Source: Paramecium tetraurelia (lineage: Eukaryota). From it: a stretch of 64,000 nt of DNA. Positions 55,607-64,000 of this stretch are shown one piece after another (position 1 is the first letter of the stretch; each line of letters starts with the position of its first letter). The notes under the pieces were generated by a model, which was not told the origin of the DNA, searched no databases, and was given only the letters and a program-made list of their open reading frames with translations. A program made the position numbers and the translations under genes. Where the stretch lies: the NCBI GenBank assembly GCA_000165425.1, contig CT868174.1, positions 1 to 64,000 on the forward strand, in the 5' to 3' direction.

Positions 55607-56905
55607 ATGGAAACAGCTAAAAAGCTTAAGTTGAAATCATCAAGATTCTTCGAAAAAGAGATGAGCTCAAAAGCATAGGAGTTGATAGAAGAAATAAAAT
55701 TAAAGGACAGAAGTCACTTAAGATTGAGAGAATGGTATAAAAGAAATCACTATGAAAAGTGTCTTAAAGATTTGCGAAAATAATATGAAAAGTAATAACT
55801 ATTTGATTTAGATATTTTACTATAGCAAAAGTAGATGGGCGCACATTCACCGCTGAACAATTTGTGAATCAATTCGAAATTCCAGACATTCCGTGTATAA
55901 TAACCAATACAACAGATGATTGGAACGTTGAAAAATATTGGACTTTTGAGAAATTATATCAACTTTATAAAGAGACCTCCTTCAAAATCGGAGAAGATGA
56001 CAAAGGAAAAAAGCTAAGATTGCCATTCAAATATTTTCTTGAATACTTAGTATATAATAAGGATGATTCTCCTCTTTACTTATTTGAAAGGTATACTAAT
56101 CAATAATCATCTCATAGTTCAGTCGAGGATCTGAAGGAAGGAGGTGCAGATATGATTGGAAGATACAAATAACATAAATACTTTTAAGATGACTTCCTTT
56201 CCTTGGTGGGAGAGAAGCATCGTCCTCCTTATAGGTGGGTTTTGGTTGGGTAATTTACTATTTAAGTTATTAGACCAAAACGATCAGGTACTACAGTTCA
56301 TATAGATCCATTAATGACTAGTGCGTGGAATACATCATTATAGGGACATAAATTATGGGTTCTCTTCCCTCCAGATATACCAAAGTCAATAGTAAAGGCC
56401 AAAGGACTTGCAGCCAAGAAGGAAATCGACTTTGAAGTGTTGGATGAATCCATAGATTACTTTCTTTATGCTTTGCCAAAATTGATTGAAAAAGAAGGAG
56501 CCGATAATCTAAAGATTGTAATGTGTGTATAAGGTCCTGGAGATACGATATTTGTTCCTGGGGGTTGGTGGCATGCAGTGTTAAATTTGGATAATTCAGT
56601 GGCTTTAACTTAGAATTTCATGTCAATCAATAATTTTGATAAGATTTGGAGGTAAAGGGATATGTGTTACTTTTAGATCTGTAAGAAGTGAAAGGCCAAA
56701 GTTTAGTCAAAGATTAATGGAGACCTTTAAAGAGAAGAGGTCCGATTTGTATGAAAGAGCACTTAAATTAGATGAGATCGACAAGAACGAATTTAGAGTG
56801 CTGAAGGATGCCAATCCATTGAGTTCCGATGATTCATCTGGTAGTTCATCATCAAGTAGTTCTAGTAGTTCGTCTAGTAGTTCCAGTTCCGATGATGATG
56901 ATTGA
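55607..56905 (+). CDS. JMJD6: JmjC oxygenase JMJD6 (PSR)
   Basis: [72 protein letters not shown], C-terminal poly-Ser. Confidence 0.93.
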
Positions 56906-56987
56906 TTAAATTTATATAGTATAAATTGTATTTTCATAATATTAATTGATTTTTTATTATTGTTTTATATAATTTCATATCAATAAT

Positions 56988-58539
56988 TCATTCATTTTAC
57001 TATTGAGCTGGCATCGGATACTTGAGGTCATATTTGAATTGGATCTTAAGACCATTAAATGCTTTCTTCAATTCCTCGAAACCTTCTACCCACTGTTTTA
57101 ATTGATTGCTCCAAAACTCCTAAATCTTCTTCTTATTCTCAAAACTCTTTTATTATTATTTGGACAATCTGTCTTCAAGAAGATTAAATAACACGACCAA
57201 AGGACTGTCATAAATGAATGATTAGAGACTTTTCAATTCTGATTCCAATTGTCTAACCTTAAGAGCTTCATTTCCTTGAATGTCAGCTAAAATTTAATAA
57301 TTGAAATACTTTTCTAACTCTAGAGTGTTTCAATTAATTTAACTAATTGATTATTCTCTTTTTGTAACATAGCAATTTGATCATTTTTTTATTGTAAATC
57401 TTTTAGGTACTTTTCATCAGAGGGTTATGAAATGCTTCTAACCAAATTGATCTTTTGGTCCTATTATTTTAATAATTATAATTGATTAGCCATTTGAGAA
57501 ATTTAAGTATTTAATTTTTCAATTGTTATCAAACTCTCTCCTTGTTTAATTTATAATTCTTAGTCTTTCTCCTTTAATTTCAATTTGGTTTATTGGAGTT
57601 CTGTGAAAAGATCTGAAATTGATTATTCAGACTTGGCCAATTAATTTTAGAGGGCAAACACCTTTTCAGTTTAAATGCTTAACTAATGAGATTATCCTTT
57701 AATTTGATTCTTATATTCTTCGATCTCTTTTGTCATTTTAGTAAGTTCTGGTTTGTAATCTTTGCTCATGACTGAGTTCTATAGGTTTTAATTTTTAAAT
57801 TCAATTAATTCAGAGATTATTTCGGTATTCTATTACAATTACAAATCATGTTTTCTTTTTAAATCTTAAATTATGTTGTCTCTATTTTGAATATCAATCC
57901 TAAATTGGGCTTACTTTTGATTAAGCTCATTAGTGATTTTTCTAATTGTTTCCTCTTGTTGTTTGATTGTTTTAGTCTATACCTCAACGTTCTCTTTTAA
58001 TCTCAACTCTCGTTGTAAAGCTTGATTAGTGTCTTCCTTGCACATGGTAGCAGTTTCTAAATGGTAATCATAGAATACTTACATTATAATTGTTCCATGG
58101 TCAATCTAATTGCAAACACTTCAGAATTAAGTTGATCATTTTTTTAAGTAGTTTGATCCAATATATCATGCAATCCGATTAGTTCATTCTATAATGATTG
58201 TTTTTCCTTCATAGATTATAGTAATTTGAGTTCTCTATCGTCAACTACTTCCTTTATTTTAGTTACTAAAATATTTTAAACATCATGCATACCTTCTGTT
58301 TGCAACTATTAATTCTACTTATGTTTTAAATCAAGCAATTCATTCTATTTATTGAGTTGGGTGGCTAATTCTTTATTTTAATCATTCAGTTGTTGGATCT
58401 CATCCTATAATTATAATGAGATTCCACAATTTACATTTGCTTTCGAAATTTTGCTCTTACTTTCGTTGATTTGAACTGTATTAGAATCGAAAATAAATTC
58501 TGTCTCTTCGTCGGAACCACTTTGTACAAGGTTTTGCAT
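56988..58539 (-). CDS. Coiled-coil hypothetical protein
   Basis: MQNLVQSGSDEETEF..; heptad-rich; several tiny introns; ends ..WSNQLKQWVEGFEELKKAFNGLKIQFKYDLKYPMPAQQQNE*. Confidence 0.7.
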
Positions 58540-59449
58540 TTATATGAGTATTAATTTTAATAATGAAATGAGATAAACAAAATGTAGGTATTAGAATAAT
58601 TGGGAAGATTGTTTATAGAATTTAATCTAAAATTAATAAGTAATTTAATGGATGTTCCATCAAAATGGAATATCGTTGAATAACACTTGTAATTACAAAA
58701 ATTGTAGCTATATAATACAATCATAGATGCCATTTTCTAGAAGAACAATTACATTTGTATTTAAGTAATAGAGTTAAAAAGCTACAAAAAAGAGTGAAAC
58801 TACTATAATTTATTAGTCATCCTAAAAGGTGGAAATTGAAAAGTTAAATTACTAGTGTGTGAGTAATATTTTGAGAGAATATAAGTCTAAGATTTGCATA
58901 AGAATTTTGGATATTACATTTTAGTGATGGAACACATGTGCTTAGATAATATTCTAATATGTGAAAAAATAGTGATTATTCGATTCTGTGAACAATTTTA
59001 AGCAATAATATTATTTACTAAAGGATAAAATGTAATAAATAATAAATTAAATTTAACATTATTACATAGAATAAAGGAGTATTCGCTTAAAAGAACATCA
59101 AAAATTGAAATAAATGAAGATGTATTGTAGAAGAACTTTTAAAATCGATTGCTTTTTAGTTAATTAGTGTGTTATAAATAATTAATGAAAATCCATATAT
59201 TTATTTTATTAAAAATATCTTTTTTGATGATCCAAAAGTTCAAAACTAAAGTATAGGGGACTTAGAATAAAAATTAATAAATCATCCATAGAGGATTGAT
59301 TGGCTTAATATTTAATGAATGTATCTTGAAAAGACTGGTGTGTTTGTGGAGGTGATTGGATGAACGAGAGTCGTAAATAAATAGGATATTAAATATTGTA
59401 GAATATATATATATAACTCTCATGATTATTAACACATTAATAAAATTAA

Positions 59450-60963
59450 ATGTAGTAAATTGATACACAGTTATTGGATGATTTTCATCAAAAATTCTTA
59501 AACTTCTACTCAAAGGTCAAAGGTGTGATGAGTGTCAGATTAAATTAAATGAAAGAAAAGTTTAATCTAAAAATTGATACATTTCCCGAGGACCAAGAAG
59601 TGTTTAACATCCAACAAACCAATAAACTTAATCTACAAACTTAACCAAACAAACCCAAAAAAAATTGGACTGATGATGATAAAAAGGTTCTGATTTGGTT
59701 AGTTGGAAAGTGGGTTACAATAAATAAAAGAGATTTAAAATAACTGGTATAAAATTATTTTTCTATAGCAGAACGATATTGATTGGAGTTCCATTGCCAG
59801 TATGATGCCTCGCCGAGATGCATTCAAATGTAAGTAGAAATGGTTATAAATGCTTAAACTCCCTTTGCAATAAGCTCCATGGACATTTGCTGAGGATAAT
59901 TTGCTACAAAAGATAATTTATGAATTCCAAACTCAAAACAAGGGTAATAAATGGAGTCAAATTGCCACAGCTCTCAACAAAGCCAATGATCAGTAAGTCC
60001 ATAGAAATGGTAAACAATGCAGAGAAAGATGGAATAATCATCTTAACCCCAATATCAATAGGTACAGTATTTAAATTTTAATCTAAAGAAACCCATGGTA
60101 ATTAAGCGAAGATTTGGATCTGATGTGTTTGGCTAAAGAATTAGGGAAAAAATGGGCGTTGATTTCAAAAAAACTAAAAGTTGCAAGAAGCGAAAACAAC
60201 GTCAAAAATCGATTTAATTGTCTACTAAGAAAAGAGAAGAGCAATAAATCTGGGTAGAATTTTGTGAACTATTAAAAGGAAAAAAGATTAAGAGGAAAGT
60301 CAATCTGAAGAAAACTCTATTTCAAACTAAGCCTCAACTGAAGAATTAAGTCACGAAGAAATTAAGCTCATTAACTTCATCATCAAGAAAATCGAATGGC
60401 GAATTCAATAAAGTGAAAACATCAAACAAAAGGAACCAAATGATGCTGTCAAAGAAGAACATTAAGAAGTAGTCAAGAAGGTTAGAATTGATGGGCAAGG
60501 AACATTTTACAAGGAATTTAAGTAAAAGATTTCAAATTTTAAGAATATTGAAAAACTATAATTGCAAGTTAAAGAGTCATAACTTAACGATGATGAAGTA
60601 GCTACTCTCATGCCATGTCTCATCAATAAAGAAAACAATCAAATCTATTTTGCCTCCCCTGAACAACTCTATGCGTATCTGAACAAAACCTCAGATAATG
60701 GTTAAGTGGGAATGCAACAAGAGAATTATTTGTCTAATCCTAATAGTTTAGGTTCAATTATGTATGATCCTAAGTTATTCCGATCTATTGTAATGCTTCA
60801 GTCCAATGAGTTCCATCAAGGATAGAGTGGAATCTACAATCAGAGATCGTTTTACAATCAGAATCATATGGCAAACCTCTAAAGTCTAAATAGCTATCCT
60901 TATTCAGTTGCCATGTCACCTTATCCTTCACAAGCTAATTTAACAAATTAATTATAAAAATGA
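59450..60963 (+). CDS. Three-repeat Myb DNA-binding protein
   Basis: KKNWTDDDKKVL..WSSIASMMPRRDAFKCKQKW; APWTFAEDNLL..KWSQIA..RNGKQCRERWNNHLNP; PWQLSEDL..GKKWALISKKL..RSENNVKNRF; TGA 60961-60963. Confidence 0.92.
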
Positions 60964-60981
60964 TAATATTAAAATTATAAA

Positions 60982-62035
60982 ATGCATTAAAATTAAATTG
61001 AAATTTTCATAGATTAAAGAATTGCTAACGAAGTTGAAATGCTGAAACGTAAAAAGGATAATTAAAATAAACCAAAACCAAAAGATGATAAAAATGATGA
61101 TGATGATGATTACTACGGACATATATAATATACTGATATAGAACACATAAAGGAATTTAAATAGGTGAGAGTGGGTTTCGAAGGGAAATAACTCTCACTT
61201 TGGAGTAGTGCGATATACTATTTCGTTATTAAATACTTCAATTATCCTTTAGAACCTGTGAGAATTGAATTCCCCAGGGAATTCAGACATCAATATATCA
61301 TACCAAATACAGGAGTCTATTGTCATCCAGAATGGAGCTAAAAGTATTATGCTATTCAATATTAGATATTGGTAAAGGTCCGTGACTTTAGAGCACATTA
61401 TAAATAGAGTTATTTAGACTTTTCATGAAATTCCAACATATTCAGATTACCCAGCCGACTTAAGCTTTATATAATTAAGTTTAGATAAAGCAGAATACTA
61501 AAATGTTATCAATGCTAATAAGGATTGTTCTACACACTATAATAATAAGATCCAAGAAGAAAGATAATATTTCGAGAGGAAAAGATAGCTAGAACATCAG
61601 AATGCAAGTAATAAGAAAAAAAATGAAGACTAACAATAACAAGATTAGAAAAAGTAGGAATAGGAACAAAATAATTAAGCTATTAAGAGATAGGAAGAAG
61701 ATTATCATAATGGTTTAAAATTGAATTAATAATAGAATTAAGATTACAATTAATAATTAAAATTAAATGATTAAATCCATGAATTGCAAAATAACAAGAT
61801 AAATTATAATCAATCAGTGCCGTAATAAATTCATTAATAATAACTAAATTAACAATAAATTTCTAGTAGCAATCCAAATTAACAGCAGCATAATTTTAAT
61901 CATTAGGCTCAAAATAATCAATAAATTCCTTAATTTTAATAACAACAAATTTAATAGGAGTAAAATTAGGCTAACTAAAATAATTAAAAAGCATCTAACA
62001 ATCCAAAAATAAAAATCATAGGGAATGTTAAATGA
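60982..62035 (+). CDS. Ubiquitin-conjugating enzyme (E2/UBC)-like domain with long Q/N-rich C-terminal tail
   Basis: With a 22-nt intron (61344-61365): SLWSSAIYYFVIKYFNYPLEPVRIEFPREFRHQYIIPNTGVYCHPEWSQKYWQRSVTLEHIINRVIQTFHE..YPAD aligns by eye to the UBC core. Confidence 0.7.
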
Positions 62036-62286
62036 TTTATTATTGTATTGTTAGGATCATGTTTTACTCAAATTATTATTTCATTTTTCATTTAAAATAA
62101 ATATCTTTTAATAGATTTATATCAACCAACATTTATTTTTATTCACAAACTTACAGTTTATACATACAATTAGATTTTTCAATCATAGTTTAATATTAAA
62201 GATTTTGTGATTTTATATGATGTGTTTTTATTTTCTATTTTGAATGAACTAATAATTGAAGAAAAGATGATAAAAATAAATCAAAA

Positions 62287-64000
62287 TCATTTGAGAAGAG
62301 ACGGAGGAGGATAGGCATTTATGTTCAAGCTGATATTTAATAATTAATTTATATTTGGTTTTTTTGGTTATTTGTTTTAATGGTTTGTTTATTAGTTGTC
62401 AAAAATTGACTTCTATTTATTTATCTACAGTTAATTGATTCAAAATACCATTTTAAGATTAAGGATTAATTTAGAATTGTAATCCTTATGAACTATCCCC
62501 CTACTATAAAAATGAATGTTAATATTTACATTAAGTTATCCTTATTTAGATATCTTAGTATTGGCAATCTTTTCCATACATGGACTTTCAACTATTGATT
62601 TGATGGTATTTGACTCATTTTGAAAATCAAAAAAATTTTGATACGATCTTGGAGACATAAATCCAGAATTTTAAAATAGTTAATTGGATATTTTGTTGCC
62701 TGCCTAAAAACTTTGAGTTTTTTTTAAGTATTCTTATTTTTATTAGGCATGGAACTATTTCAAGATTTGTAATTCCTTTTCTTGTCTTTATTCTAGGTCT
62801 AAGAAGGTGTCATCCTTCTTTTTGTCCTATAAAATAATATAAAGATGAAATTACAATATAGGCCTTATAACACTACATAAAGACTTGATCCGTTTCTTCG
62901 TCTGTTTATATGATAATGTTTTTCTTTTTCATTTGAATTTACTAAGGCTGTTTTTAGTTGCTGATTTCTGAGTTTGTTTCGAATTTGCTACTTCCTGCGG
63001 TCAACAAAATTTTGTTCGATAGATTGCATTTTAGAAGAGATGAATCTGAACAATAAAACAATTGTACTTTTGCTATCATCTCTCAATTGAATTAAGTATT
63101 GTTCATTAATAGCCACTGGCAAATTGTCATTCTCCTAGGTCTATCCATTAAAATGAGTGAGTAGCAATTCAGAAACAGAGGGTCTTTACTCAGGGGGTTT
63201 CAAACATCTGATTAGATTATGTGATATATTACTCTAAGATAATTGACTTGATTTTATCATTAAGAATTGCATCAATTGATTGTGGTTTCTACTATTCCAT
63301 TACCTTTTTGATCACTTAGCCGATACCTCCCTTACATTCACAGAATGGTTTGGCTCCAGTCACCATTTCTAAGAGACACATCCCAAAGGCATAGATATCT
63401 ACTTTAGTATCATAGTGTTCTTAATAGATTTCAGGGGCCATAAATTCTGGAGTTCCCAAAACAGAACTAGTGAAAGATGATTGTAATCTAATAATTGTTG
63501 CTATCCTTACTAGATGGAGAGTCCCAAATCTCCAATTTTTAATTCGTTATTATTTGTATCTATTAATATATTTTCACATTTTAAATCTCTATGAATGATG
63601 TTTTATTTGTGCATAAACTCAAGACCTAAGAGAATCTATCTGCACCAATTTTTGATGACTTTTAGTTTCGGTCTCAAGATTCTTCGCAAATAACTAGTGA
63701 ATGTGATTTATATTATTACTTCTTCAAAGAACCACCATTAATGATTTCAGTTATGAAAATTATTTCTTTCTTCTTTTTATTATGCCAAGAATGAATAAAA
63801 TTAATAATGTTGTTATGTTTTAAACTACTTAAGATTGAAATCTCCTATCTTGCTCTTCTTCTTTCATCTACAATAATTCAATGAAATCTGAATACTTTCT
63901 GGAACAGTATGCAATTAGAAAACATTCCAGGCCACTTCACAACCGCTTTGATTATCATATCCTCTGAACACACTTTTATAAGCCCCTTTGCCAATTTCTT
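62287..64000 (-). CDS. WNK-family protein kinase (5' end outside window)
   Basis: [11 protein letters not shown] (WNK catalytic Lys in subdomain I), [55 protein letters not shown]. Confidence 0.92.

Noticed and set aside
61600..61990. TAA/CAA/AAT-rich stretch as satellite DNA
   Set aside because: Explained as Gln/Asn codons in the E2-like protein tail.

Overview
AT-rich, gene-dense eukaryotic DNA that reads as a ciliate macronuclear chromosome, most likely Paramecium. TAA/TAG encode Gln, TGA is the only stop, introns are 20-30 nt GT..AG, and intergenic spacers are often under 50 bp. The supplied standard-code ORF track therefore fragments or misses most genes; I retranslated by hand with code 6 (large genes spot-checked, not translated base by base). 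About 30 protein-coding genes or fragments are supported. They include a QCR6 hinge fragment, a PH-like/CAMK kinase (with a near-identical gap-flanked 1.05 kb duplicate), organellar DNA polymerase POP, an Aurora-like kinase, GPN1, PCMT, a CDK-like kinase, a 12.5 kb VPS13, a RING/Lon-N-like protein, a B-box/LOTUS protein, an ABHD13-like hydrolase and a cAR-like 7TM receptor. Further on are RPT2, a centrin, a GSK3-like kinase, an ankyrin protein, a soluble adenylyl cyclase with a C-terminal PH domain, POLE2, a deoxynucleoside kinase, an F-box protein, a mitochondrial RsmI-like protein, JMJD6, a three-repeat Myb, an E2-like protein with a Q/N tail and a WNK kinase. There are three 150-N gaps and several single-base frame breaks, most likely assembly indels. 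I found no CRISPR array, transposon, rRNA/tRNA or telomere, and no convincing new multi-gene system. The best leads are unusual domain architectures and a 7-bp head-to-head gene pair.
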